Of a DNA stretch of 64,000 nucleotides, positions 8,750 to 18,128 are shown piece after piece. The stretch is taken from positions 220,986 to 284,985 of the forward strand of contig JAZDNM010000003.1 of NCBI GenBank assembly GCA_043799715.1, written 5' to 3'. The stretch is from an archaeon (GTDB lineage Archaea; Nanobdellota; Nanobdellia; Pacearchaeales; DTIR01). The notes under the pieces are model-generated. The model saw nothing but the letters and a program-made list of their open reading frames with translations, did not search any database and was not told the DNA's origin. The translations under genes were made by a program, and so were the position numbers. Positions within the stretch are counted from its first letter, which is position 1, and every line of letters begins with the position of its first letter.

Positions 8750-11443
8750 ATGTCAAGCAAATCAGCATTTTTGGTTTTGATAACTGCTCTTGCAGCAATA
8801 ATGGCTGTATCCTATGCAATTGCAGAGGTTTCAGGCAGCGGAATGATTCTGACAAGAAGCATGTATGGAATAGGGGAGGCAATTGAAGGGAAAGTTAACA
8901 TTACGCTTTCAAGCGAGCCTGCTGACAGCGCTGTAACAGCTTTGGGAAAAAATACTTCTTTGCTGGATTTCCTGAAAAATAATAATCTTGAAAAAGACAA
9001 GGATTATTTATGCACTCCTGAAGACTGCAATGACTATTATGAGACTGTTGGAATCAGCACAAAGCAAAAATCCCTGCAGGCAGGCGACACACTAATTGGA
9101 AGCATAGCAGTAGGGAAGGACATTGAAATAAAGCAGAATGCATTGGAATTCAGCATAACAGGCAATGGAGGAGAACCAGTATGCGGCGTTGTCCCCCTGA
9201 AGCTGGACTTGCTTGCAGATAACTCAATTGACTGGGTTGATATGGAGCCCTCTGATTTGTGCGGAAGCCTGCAGCCAAGCAGCTGCTATGACGATACTTC
9301 AGCAAATCTTGAGCTTGACATTACAACAACCCCCTACTGCCAAAAAATTTACTTGCCTATTTCAGCGAGATTTAAAATTTCAGCGCTTGTAAAAAAGAAT
9401 ACTGGCGGAGGGGATTTGTCTGCTTTCATATATGACAAAAAAATAGGAGAAAGCACAGAATGCGACCTTCCTGAGCCGAATGTGACTTCTTACACTGAAA
9501 CAAACTGCATGGTGGACTTGAAGGTTTACGGCAACAATCAGGATTATTATGTATGCATCCAGGATAATTCTATTGACGGCGCATACACAATAAAGGCAGA
9601 GAAATCCTCCCCTATATGCGGATACAGCGACCTTCCTGGAAGATCAAGGAACGAAAGCGCTGATTTCGCGCTTCTTGTGCAGGGAACTGCAACAATTCCA
9701 TTAAACAGGACAGTAACATTCAATGAGCAGGAATTCAGCAAGTTTTCTTCTGTAGGCATAGGGGAATATCTTCAGGATTATCTCAATAAAAGGCATTCAA
9801 GCAATTGCCTTGACGGATGCATAATTCCTATAAGGATAATCTCATCAAACGCAGCAAACTTAAAAGATATGAGACTAAGCTACTGCGCCCAGGGATTATG
9901 CACAACAGAACAGAGCTTTTTCGGGCTTGAAAGAAAAAGTTCTATGATTGACATGAACATGACATCCCTTGATTTGTCTGCTGCAAATTTGTCTGCTGAG
10001 GGATATGGGCTCCAGACATTCTCCTTTTCAATAGGCGGAGTAAAGATAGGAGAAGAGGAAATTTCAATAGAAAGAGTTCCTGTAATAAAGAATCTTGTAG
10101 CGCTTAATGCAGAAGCAGGGGCTGCTGTTGATTTTTTTGCTGAGGCATATTCCCCAAAGAACAACACAATTGTAAGCTATGAATGGATATTTGGGGATGG
10201 CGGCACTGCAACAGCAGGGAGCTCTGTAACTCATGAATATAAAAATGTAGGGGAATTTAAGGTTACTGTAACAGCAGTTGATTCACAGGGATTGAAGGGA
10301 AGCAGAAGTTCAAAAATAACTGTGGGCTCACCGCAGGAGATAATTAATATGACTCTCTCTGGCAAGAGGATAATATTCAACGAGCTTAAAAATGAGATTG
10401 ACAAGGCAGGATGGTACAAGGGGCTTATTGAAAAGCAGCTTGGCACAGCAGAAATAAGCACTTTGCTCAGTGATTATGAAAACCAGTTCAGATTCGCAAC
10501 AACCCCGTCGGAATATATAGAGCTTATGCCCAAAGTCAGCAAGTTCATAATACCCCAGTCAATTTATGACTCTGAATTTGTTACAGAGATTCCAATTACT
10601 GTTGATGTTGATTCAATAAAGCCGGAGCTTATTGAAGGGCTTAATGGCGGCGTGTATGACTCCTCAAGAGCATCTGAGACAAGAAACGCAATATGGGCAT
10701 GGCAGCACAAGAATGTTGCCATGACAGCGACTTCAAGAGTGATGGAATCCATTGATGAGAATGAGAATAGGGCAGAGCTTGCAACAATTATTACACTTAG
10801 AATAAAGCCATTGACCCAGTTGGAAGAGAGCTATCTTGTTATTCTTGCGCCTTATGAAAGCGCGACATTTGCATCAGATTACAATCAGAGAGATGTTGCA
10901 GGGAATATAGGATTTGTGCTTGACAGCCTGAGCTCTGATTATATAATTTCATTTGCTGTTACAGGGCGCGTTGATATAAGCAGCCTTGAGATGTTTATGT
11001 CCCCTTATCTGGCAAATCTCGAAATTGAGGAGAATATTGTGTGCAACAGCAACAGGGTATGCGAAAAAAATCTCGGGGAAAACTGGAAGACATGCAGAGA
11101 TGACTGCAAGCCAATAGGACTCGCTTTAATCCTGCTTATTTTTGCCCTAGCTGCAATGGCTGCAGCATATATTTTCCTGCAAAAATGGTACAAAACAAAA
11201 TACGAGAAGTATCTGTTCAAGGAGCAGCATGATTTAAGCAATATGGTGTCGTTTGCAAGCAACTCACTGAGAAGAGGCGAGAGCGAGAATGATGTAAAGG
11301 GTAAGCTCAAACAGGCAGGATGGAATCTTGAGCAGATATACTATATCTTCAGGAAAATAAAAGGCGAAAAGGTTGGGATGCCTGAAGTGAAAATTAAATG
11401 GCTTGACATGGTAAAAAACCTGCTCAAGCACCGAAAGGTTTAA
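8750..11443 (+). CDS. Large surface protein with a PKD-like domain, C-terminal TM anchor and ~100 aa cytoplasmic tail
   Basis: ATG at 8750 with aagaggaa upstream; the track ORF starts at TTG 8723. Signal peptide MSSKSAFLVLITALAAIMAVSYAIA. PKD signature YEWIFGDGGTATAGSSVTHEY. A Cys motif CNSNRVCEKNLGENWKTCRDDC precedes the TM helix IGLALILLIFALAAMAAAYIFL. Confidence 0.7.
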   Translation: MSSKSAFLVLITALAAIMAVSYAIAEVSGSGMILTRSMYGIGEAIEGKVNITLSSEPADSAVTALGKNTSLLDFLKNNNLEKDKDYLCTPEDCNDYYETVGISTKQKSLQAGDTLIGSIAVGKDIEIKQNALEFSITGNGGEPVCGVVPLKLDLLADNSIDWVDMEPSDLCGSLQPSSCYDDTSANLELDITTTPYCQKIYLPISARFKISALVKKNTGGGDLSAFIYDKKIGESTECDLPEPNVTSYTETNCMVDLKVYGNNQDYYVCIQDNSIDGAYTIKAEKSSPICGYSDLPGRSRNESADFALLVQGTATIPLNRTVTFNEQEFSKFSSVGIGEYLQDYLNKRHSSNCLDGCIIPIRIISSNAANLKDMRLSYCAQGLCTTEQSFFGLERKSSMIDMNMTSLDLSAANLSAEGYGLQTFSFSIGGVKIGEEEISIERVPVIKNLVALNAEAGAAVDFFAEAYSPKNNTIVSYEWIFGDGGTATAGSSVTHEYKNVGEFKVTVTAVDSQGLKGSRSSKITVGSPQEIINMTLSGKRIIFNELKNEIDKAGWYKGLIEKQLGTAEISTLLSDYENQFRFATTPSEYIELMPKVSKFIIPQSIYDSEFVTEIPITVDVDSIKPELIEGLNGGVYDSSRASETRNAIWAWQHKNVAMTATSRVMESIDENENRAELATIITLRIKPLTQLEESYLVILAPYESATFASDYNQRDVAGNIGFVLDSLSSDYIISFAVTGRVDISSLEMFMSPYLANLEIEENIVCNSNRVCEKNLGENWKTCRDDCKPIGLALILLIFALAAMAAAYIFLQKWYKTKYEKYLFKEQHDLSNMVSFASNSLRRGESENDVKGKLKQAGWNLEQIYYIFRKIKGEKVGMPEVKIKWLDMVKNLLKHRKV

Positions 11444-11498
11444 TAAAGTCCAGCCCTACGGACTTAAATAAAACTGGTGAATATAAATTTTTTATAAA

Positions 11499-12146
11499 AT
11501 GCCTATTCTAATTATCCCTGATTTTTTCAAGAGGATATTTCTAACTTTGTTCAAGCAGAAAAAGCATGTGAAGCTGGGCTTGTACGGTCCGCCAAATGGC
11601 GGCAAGACAACACTCGCAAACAGGATATGCAAGGACTGGACAGGAGAAGAGCTTGGAAGCGTATCAAAAATACCCCATGAAACAAGGGAAGTCCAGATAA
11701 AAGAAAAGGTTGATTTAAAATTCAAGGGCAAGGAGCTCACATTCAAGCTTATTGATACTCCGGGAATAGCAACAAAAATAGATTATGAGGATTTCTTAAA
11801 ATTTGGCATGAAAAAGAATGATGCCAAGAAAAGGGCGAAAGAGGCGACGCAGGGAGTTATAGAATCAATAAAATGGCTTGATGACATGGATTGCGTTGTT
11901 ATAGTCCTTGATGCAACAATCAACCCTTATTCCCAAGTTAACATCACAATAATCGGCAATCTTGCAGCAAGGAAAATTCCAGTGCTTATAGTTGCGAACA
12001 AGATTGACTTGAACAAGGCAGATATGAAAAGAATAGAGTCTGCATTTCCACAGTATGAACTTGTAGGCCTTTCAGCAAAATTCGGGAAAAATATGGAGGA
12101 ATTTTATGAAAGCTTATTCAGGCTTGCAAAAAAGAGAAAGGGCTGA
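11499..12146 (+). CDS. Small GTP-binding protein (Arf/SR-beta-like GTPase)
   Basis: Walker A GPPNGGKTT, DTPG (G3) and NKID (G4). 215 aa. Confidence 0.8.
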   Translation: MPILIIPDFFKRIFLTLFKQKKHVKLGLYGPPNGGKTTLANRICKDWTGEELGSVSKIPHETREVQIKEKVDLKFKGKELTFKLIDTPGIATKIDYEDFLKFGMKKNDAKKRAKEATQGVIESIKWLDDMDCVVIVLDATINPYSQVNITIIGNLAARKIPVLIVANKIDLNKADMKRIESAFPQYELVGLSAKFGKNMEEFYESLFRLAKKRKG

Positions 12147-12245
12147 ACTCCCGGAAAAAAAAGGAGTTTCAGCACTTGTTGCGACAGAAAACATGCGGCA
12201 TATTACTAAAGGAGGATATAAACCCCTGCGGTTAAGAATGTAAAA

Positions 12246-12638
12246 ATGGCAAAAACATTTTCGTCATTGACCTTGCAGTTTATTCCTTACAGTGAGATAG
12301 ATGGAATCAAGACAGTTGAAAGAATAAAGAAACTGCTGAAGATAGTCCTGCAGAACAAGATTGTGATATTGCAGGGGAAACTCAAGCCAGAGGAAGAAGC
12401 GAGGCTTATTGAGGATACAATGGCTCTTGTAGGCAACGTAAAGGGATTCAAGGGAATTGAGCTTGCTGTTTTGTCTCCAAAGGTTGAAGACATGCCTCTT
12501 ACAGCAAGGATGAAAAGGCAGGTTGCAAAGGCATTGATTGGCGAGCAGGATGCAATGACAATAATAGGTCCTGCGTCAATTGTTAGGGATATAAAGAAAG
12601 ACCCAAGCAAAATGCAGCTGCTTCTCAGGGGGAAATAG
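12246..12638 (+). CDS. Small conserved protein, possibly DUF2073-like partner of the GTPase
   Basis: 130 aa, immediately downstream of the GTPase. The family assignment is from memory of archaeal GTPase neighbourhoods and is uncertain. Confidence 0.4.
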   Translation: MAKTFSSLTLQFIPYSEIDGIKTVERIKKLLKIVLQNKIVILQGKLKPEEEARLIEDTMALVGNVKGFKGIELAVLSPKVEDMPLTARMKRQVAKALIGEQDAMTIIGPASIVRDIKKDPSKMQLLLRGK

Positions 12639-12700
12639 TGCTGCCTGCCAGCAAGATTTATTAAGTTTAGTTTTTTAATTCTGGGAAGGGAGATTAAGAA

Positions 12701-12961
12701 ATGAAAGAGATAACTTCAAGTATTCTGCCTGAAACAAAGAGAATTTTTGAAAGGCATATAGGACTAACCTTTGAACAAATGGATAATATGGATTTAGGTG
12801 AAATAGAGCAATACATCCAAAATAAGGGGGGAGTTCCAACGACACATTCCCCAGAAATATATAGAAAATCAAGAGATGTATTGACAGCAAGGGGTAAATT
12901 TTTGACTGCAGAATCACTTGGAATGGATATGCAAAGATTAATAAGAAAATATGCGAATTGA
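12701..12961 (+). CDS. Hypothetical small protein (86 aa)
   Basis: ORF with aagggag 7 nt upstream of the ATG. No motif recognised. Confidence 0.35.
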   Translation: MKEITSSILPETKRIFERHIGLTFEQMDNMDLGEIEQYIQNKGGVPTTHSPEIYRKSRDVLTARGKFLTAESLGMDMQRLIRKYAN

Positions 12962-12994
12962 CAATTAAATAAAAGATTTAAGAAAATTAAAAAA

Positions 12995-13411
12995 ATGCCA
13001 CACCAATGCGTGCACTGCGGAAAGATATATCCCACTGCATCAAAAGAGCTGCTGCAGGGATGCCCATGCGGAAGCCATTTTTTCTTTTTTGTAAATGCCT
13101 CTGACCTGAATGTGCTGAAGGAGGAAACCTCATCCCTGACAACAGAGGACAAGAAAGAGATAGAAGAGGATGTCAGGGAGATTTTAGGAGTGGATGAAAC
13201 AGAACTCAAGCCGATTATACTTGATTTTGAGTCAATAAGGATAAACAAGCCAGGCAAGTTTGAAATTGACCTGGTAAATCTCTTCAGAAAAAAGCCGCTT
13301 GTTTTTAAGATTGAGGAAGGGAAATATATAATCGATTTGGCTTCAACATTCCTCTCAGAGCTTGAAAAAAGCAGAGCTAAGGGCAAATCAGCAAAAAAGG
13401 GAAAAGGTTAA
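12995..13411 (+). CDS. Zinc-ribbon protein (CxxC ... CxC), DUF2072-like
   Basis: The N-terminus is MPHQCVHCGKIYPTASKELLQGCPCGSHFFFF. The rest is an acidic and lysine-rich C-terminus. Same cluster as the GTPase. Confidence 0.55.
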   Translation: MPHQCVHCGKIYPTASKELLQGCPCGSHFFFFVNASDLNVLKEETSSLTTEDKKEIEEDVREILGVDETELKPIILDFESIRINKPGKFEIDLVNLFRKKPLVFKIEEGKYIIDLASTFLSELEKSRAKGKSAKKGKG

Positions 13412-13435
13412 ATATCATTCTGGATTTTTCCTTTA

Positions 13436-14728
13436 ATGAATAGCATATTGAATTCTGTGCTGGGCAGGATAAAGCCTAATGACAGTGAAATTATCAGAAT
13501 GAATGCATTGACTGCAGAATTAAAGGCAAAGATTGAGAAAGGTTTGAAGAAATCAAAAATAAATGCTGATGTGTTCATCGGAGGCAGCCTTGCAAAGAAT
13601 ACTCTGATAAGGAAAGATGTTTATGACATAGATATCTTTGTGAGATTTGCTTTCAAGGATTATTCAGCAAAGGACAGCATGCTAAGCGATATCCTTGAGA
13701 AAGCGCTTAAATCACAAAATCTAAAATCAAGGAGAATACACGGCTCAAGGGATTACTTTCATGTAAAAGCAGCAGGTTCAATTATATTTGAAATAGTGCC
13801 TGTTCTTCATGTGAAGAAGCCGCAGGAAGCTGTAAATGTTACTGACTTGTCATCTTTTCATGTCTCTTATGTTTCAAAGAAGATAAACAAGAAGCTCGCT
13901 GATGAAATCCGCCTGGCAAAGGCATTTTGCTATGCGCAGAGATGCTACGGCGCTGAATCATATATACAGGGATTTTCAGGCTATGCAGTTGAGCTTCTTG
14001 TGCTTCATTTTGGCAGCTTGATGAAACTTGCCAAGGCAGCATTGAAATGGAAGGATATGCTTGACAAAAAAGAAAAGATTGTCATAGATTCAGCAAAGCA
14101 CTACAAAAACAAAAATGATGTTCTTATAAATATCAATGAGGCAAAGCTTGCATCGCCAATTATACTTGTCGACCCCACTTACTCTGTGAGGAATGCAACA
14201 GCATCTGTTTCCATTGAGACTCTTGAGAGATTTATAGAAGCATGCGTGAAACTTGCGGGAAAAGCAAATGCAGGGATGTTTGAAAAGAAGGAGATTGATA
14301 TTGCAATGCTTAAGAAATCAGCGAAAAAGAGCAAGGCTGAATTAAGCATTCTGTATGCTGCAACAGGCAAGAGCAAGGATGTTGCACCTGCAAAACTCAG
14401 GAAGTTCCTTGATTTTGTGCTTTTTGTCATGCAAAGGCATGGCTTTGAGGTTATAAGAAAAGAAATTGATTTTGCAGGGAAAGAGGCGAGGATGCATATT
14501 ATTTACAAGAGCCCTGGAAAAGAGATGATTGCACAGGGCCCGCCAATAAACAGAATTGATAACCTTCTTGCTTTCAGGAAGAAGTATAAGAATATCTCTA
14601 TCAAGAAGGGCGTTGCATATGCAAGGATAAAAAGGAAAGTCAGGGATATAAAGGCTGCTGCTGATTTAATCAGGAAGGGCAGTGAAATAAAAGCAATGGA
14701 TATTTCTGAGTTCAAGATTTCAAAATGA
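13436..14728 (+). CDS. cca: CCA-adding enzyme, archaeal class I tRNA nucleotidyltransferase
   Basis: 430 aa. The GSLAKNTLIRKDVYDIDIFV nucleotidyltransferase motif (GS ... D.D) sits near the N-terminus. Length and layout match archaeal CCA enzymes. Confidence 0.75.
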   Translation: MNSILNSVLGRIKPNDSEIIRMNALTAELKAKIEKGLKKSKINADVFIGGSLAKNTLIRKDVYDIDIFVRFAFKDYSAKDSMLSDILEKALKSQNLKSRRIHGSRDYFHVKAAGSIIFEIVPVLHVKKPQEAVNVTDLSSFHVSYVSKKINKKLADEIRLAKAFCYAQRCYGAESYIQGFSGYAVELLVLHFGSLMKLAKAALKWKDMLDKKEKIVIDSAKHYKNKNDVLININEAKLASPIILVDPTYSVRNATASVSIETLERFIEACVKLAGKANAGMFEKKEIDIAMLKKSAKKSKAELSILYAATGKSKDVAPAKLRKFLDFVLFVMQRHGFEVIRKEIDFAGKEARMHIIYKSPGKEMIAQGPPINRIDNLLAFRKKYKNISIKKGVAYARIKRKVRDIKAAADLIRKGSEIKAMDISEFKISK

Positions 14729-15579
14729 CAAGGAAAGCAATTGCAGCAGGGACTTTCTATCCTGCTGACAAGGGGGAATTATCCGGATTTTTAAGAAAGG
14801 CATTTCCAAAAAAGAGTTCTGTGAAATCAGGCAGGGCATATGGTATTGTTGCTCCTCACGCAGGATTTGCATATTCGGGGCAGTGCGCTGCCCTTGCCTA
14901 CAATGAGATTTCTGAACTTGATAAAACCTGCACTTTTGTGATTCTTGGAACAAACCATACAGGATATGCTGAATCAAATTTTGCAGTGAGCAGAGAGGAC
15001 TTTGAAACCCCGCTGGGAATTGCGAGGAATGACACTGAGTTCTGCAATGAGATTATTTCTTCGGGAATGGCTGGATTGACAATAGGGGATATGGCAGCGC
15101 ATGCGCAGGAGCACAGCATTGAAGTGCAATTGCCTTTCCTGCAGTCTGTTTTTGGCAGCGGATTCAGGATTGTGCCTGTTATATGCTCTTCTCAGAATTA
15201 TGATGATTGTACTGGATTTGCAAAGGGAATTATTGCTGCTGCGAAAAAATTAAAGAGAAAAATCTGTATTATTGCTTCAGGGGACATGACTCATTACGGA
15301 GTTGCTTACGGCTTCCTACCTTTTGTTTCAAGCATAAAAAAGAATCTGTATACAATGGACAGCAGGGCAATTGAACTTGTTTGCAGGTTTAAAACAAAAA
15401 AGTTCCTTGATTACTGCTCTGGCAAGACAATATGCGGGGCTTCATGCATTGCAGCTGCAATTGAAACCTGCAGGCTGCTTGGAAGCAATAAGGCAGAATT
15501 GATTAACTATTGCACATCTGCGGATATTTCCAATGATTACAGCAATGCTGTGGGATATGCCTCGATTGCATTCAGATAG
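14725..15579 (+). CDS. MEMO1-family protein (AmmeMemoRadiSam system protein B-like)
   Basis: AAGTFYPAD and GIVAPHAGFAYSG motifs. The start overlaps the cca stop (ATGA). Confidence 0.8.
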   Translation: MTRKAIAAGTFYPADKGELSGFLRKAFPKKSSVKSGRAYGIVAPHAGFAYSGQCAALAYNEISELDKTCTFVILGTNHTGYAESNFAVSREDFETPLGIARNDTEFCNEIISSGMAGLTIGDMAAHAQEHSIEVQLPFLQSVFGSGFRIVPVICSSQNYDDCTGFAKGIIAAAKKLKRKICIIASGDMTHYGVAYGFLPFVSSIKKNLYTMDSRAIELVCRFKTKKFLDYCSGKTICGASCIAAAIETCRLLGSNKAELINYCTSADISNDYSNAVGYASIAFR

Positions 15580-15657
15580 GGTATTGTTATTTCTTAATAC
15601 ATAAATATTTTTAAAGTGTTGAAACTCTGAAGTTACAATAAAAGATAGGGTGAGTCC

Positions 15658-16773
15658 ATGGAATATATTGATAACCTGCTAAAATTGAGAAATAATGTTG
15701 CAAGGAAGAATAAGGGGGTATTGGAGATTCTTCTTGCTAATTTTTCAGGCACAGAGCAGCAGAAGGATATAGAAGCAAGAACTCCAGTAGTAAATGATTT
15801 CTTCAGAGTCAAGATAAACATAAAGGCGTTTGATGAGAAAGAGATGCAGAAAAGAGGATTGCATGCTGTTGATTTTCACAATAATGTCGAGGTTTTTGAC
15901 GCAATGACAAGGGAGTTTGACATGCCTTACTGGGCTTTTGTCAAACTGAAAAATGTACCTTTGGCTGACTTGCAGAACACATTCATTTACCAGCTCAAGG
16001 CGTGCAATATACACTGCCCCTGGTGCTATGTTGATGACAAGAACAAGAATGGCGTTCAGGACAACAATTCAAGATTTTTCAGCATTCCCGAGATAGTTGA
16101 TGTATTTGAAGAAAAAAGAAAAGAACAGAAACTTTACAATTTGAGACCTTCTGGCGGCGAGCCGACACTTGTAGTTGAGCAGTGGCTTGAACTGCTCAGA
16201 GAAGTTAAAAAAAGAGGGCTTGGGAAGGATGTATATGTGCAGGGCGATACAAATCTGACAACAGGACATTTTATTGATTCTATTGAGGAGAAAGGGGAAA
16301 TTGAGAAAGATTTACTTGAAAAAGTGGCTGAACATGAAAATTTCGGGCTGCTCTGTTCTTTTAAAGGAACTGACTTGGAAAGTTTTCTTGAGGCGGCTGG
16401 TATGCCCGAACAATACTCCTTTTTAGAGGAGGAAAGGTGGTATGCCTTCGAAAAGCTCCTGAAAGCAGGAGTTGATGCCTATCCTTTCATATACAACCCA
16501 AATCCTTCTTCTGTTAAGCAGTTTATGGAAAAAGGGGCGGGAAAGTTTGGAGAAGGATTCTATCTCAAGACATGGATACTCCCTTTAAAGTTATACGGCC
16601 CTGAAAAGGAAAGATTAGCCAGAAAAGGGGTAAATCCTGCAGATTACCAGAAACAGCTTGACGATAGATTTTCAAAATCAGAGGAGATTATGCAGGGCTT
16701 GATTTGGAAAGAATACGGCTTAAATTACAAGGCTGTCCCAAGAACGGGAATTAAACTTGAAGTCAGAAGATAA
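15658..16773 (+). CDS. Radical SAM protein, atypical QueE/PFL-activase-like with a ~110 aa N-terminal extension
   Basis: LKACNIHCPWCYVDD carries the CX3CX2C motif. A Gly-rich SGGEPTL follows. 371 aa. Confidence 0.65.
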   Translation: MEYIDNLLKLRNNVARKNKGVLEILLANFSGTEQQKDIEARTPVVNDFFRVKINIKAFDEKEMQKRGLHAVDFHNNVEVFDAMTREFDMPYWAFVKLKNVPLADLQNTFIYQLKACNIHCPWCYVDDKNKNGVQDNNSRFFSIPEIVDVFEEKRKEQKLYNLRPSGGEPTLVVEQWLELLREVKKRGLGKDVYVQGDTNLTTGHFIDSIEEKGEIEKDLLEKVAEHENFGLLCSFKGTDLESFLEAAGMPEQYSFLEEERWYAFEKLLKAGVDAYPFIYNPNPSSVKQFMEKGAGKFGEGFYLKTWILPLKLYGPEKERLARKGVNPADYQKQLDDRFSKSEEIMQGLIWKEYGLNYKAVPRTGIKLEVRR

Positions 16774-16774
16774 A

Positions 16775-17491
16775 ATGGCTGAAAGAAAAGAATATTTTCT
16801 AAAGAAGATTTATCCTGAACATCTTGCTGAGATGAGGGCTATAGGCAGGAGGATTGTTGATGTAAGGGTGCAGGATCCTTTAGACAACGAAAAAAGATAT
16901 TCTGAATTCAGGGAGAATGACTGGCTGCATTTTGAAGACACAAATCATGAAGTGCTGAAAGCGTCTGTCCGCTACTGCAGGCATTATGACAGCATAGAGA
17001 ATCTGCTTATAAATGAAGGCATAGAGAACGTATGGCCCAATGCAAAAACATTAAAAGAAGCCATTGAACTGTCAGTTGGATTTCCTGGTTATGCTGAGAA
17101 TATTGAGAAGAACGGCGTTTATTCTCTGTGCATAAAAAAACTTGCAGTTTATGTTGCAGGCCCTTATTCAGGCACAAGGAAAGAAAAAATTAGGAATATA
17201 AAGAATGCAGAAAAAATAGCAAGGGAAGTTGCAAAGATGGGATATATTCCATTAGTGCCACATAAATTATTTGAATTCTGGGAGGATGAAGGCTTTGGAG
17301 AGAAAGCATGCATGGCGCTTGAGAAGGACTTATTGCAGGATAAGAGCGATTTTTTTTATTTTATTAATCCTTCAAATGGTACAAATAAAGAACTTGCGAT
17401 GGCACGGGAGATAATGCCTATTTTTATTTCCCTTGAAAATTTGAGATTCTGGAAACCTGTCAAGACTGAATCAAAATCTAAATCCAGTTAA
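16775..17491 (+). CDS. Hypothetical protein with a nucleoside 2-deoxyribosyltransferase-like (DUF4406-like) C-terminal domain
   Basis: The ATG lies 1 nt after the radical SAM stop; the track ORF starts at TTG 16757. The motif LAVYVAGPYSG resembles the YxAGPF of the NDT/LOG fold. Confidence 0.45.
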   Translation: MAERKEYFLKKIYPEHLAEMRAIGRRIVDVRVQDPLDNEKRYSEFRENDWLHFEDTNHEVLKASVRYCRHYDSIENLLINEGIENVWPNAKTLKEAIELSVGFPGYAENIEKNGVYSLCIKKLAVYVAGPYSGTRKEKIRNIKNAEKIAREVAKMGYIPLVPHKLFEFWEDEGFGEKACMALEKDLLQDKSDFFYFINPSNGTNKELAMAREIMPIFISLENLRFWKPVKTESKSKSS

Positions 17492-17963
17492 AGATTACTC
17501 CCATACCAAAGATAATCTGAACTATAAAGAAAAGGGAATATTTTGCTGTCTCTTCCAGTATGCTTCCATCCCCATACTTATGGTCAAACACTGCATATAT
17601 CATTGTAAGCAGCAGATTGACAAATATTAACAGTACACCAATAAGCAGCATGCCAAGAGAACTCATTAATATTGCTGTTGCATTAATCATAAAGGCAAAA
17701 CCGACAACAAAGCATACCCATGCAAAGGTATTCCACTTTTTCCCCTCTTTCTTGTATCCGAGCTTGGAGTAAGCAAGAGAGGATGTTATAAGCAAAGGGG
17801 TTATAAGAACCAGCTGCATTGTCAGCCAGAATTCATTTTTGAGAATCTGGGGATTTATTGATGCTATTATAAAAAGAACTGTTGCTGCAACGCCAACCAG
17901 CATGGAATTTATGTTTATCCTTGTATTGGACTTGGTGCTTTTCTCTTCAGTTTTCCCAGCCAT
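17478..17963 (-). CDS. Polytopic membrane protein (hypothetical)
   Basis: 161 aa with four hydrophobic helices. Confidence 0.5.
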   Translation of the reverse strand: MAGKTEEKSTKSNTRININSMLVGVAATVLFIIASINPQILKNEFWLTMQLVLITPLLITSSLAYSKLGYKKEGKKWNTFAWVCFVVGFAFMINATAILMSSLGMLLIGVLLIFVNLLLTMIYAVFDHKYGDGSILEETAKYSLFFIVQIIFGMGVIFNWI

Positions 17964-18030
17964 TTTGCCTCTTTTTTACAGGCAAGAGGAGAGGATAGAA
18001 GCTTAAATATTTTTTGCAGAAAGGAAAAAA

Positions 18031-18125
18031 TGCTCCCGACGGGACTCGAACCCGTGTCGCAGGCGTTCTCTTTACTTTTTATGTAGACGAGAGGCCCGCA
18101 TACTTGGCCGCTATACTACGGGAGC
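18031..18125 (-). tRNA. tRNA-Glu (anticodon CUC) with a 22-nt intron at the canonical 37/38 position
   Basis: The reverse complement folds as acceptor GCTCCCG/CGGGAGC, T arm ACGGG-TTCGAGT-CCCGT, anticodon stem CGGGC/GCCTG and loop CTCTCG|C. The intron lies at + strand 18066..18087, and its GAGA can pair with the anticodon-region TCTC in a BHB-like arrangement. Folded by hand. Confidence 0.65.
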
Positions 18126-18128
18126 ATA

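Noticed and set aside
17964-18030. Possible additional small RNA in short intergenic gaps around the tRNA cluster
   Set aside because: The gaps are too short and no conserved structure was recognised by eye. This would need Infernal/Rfam.
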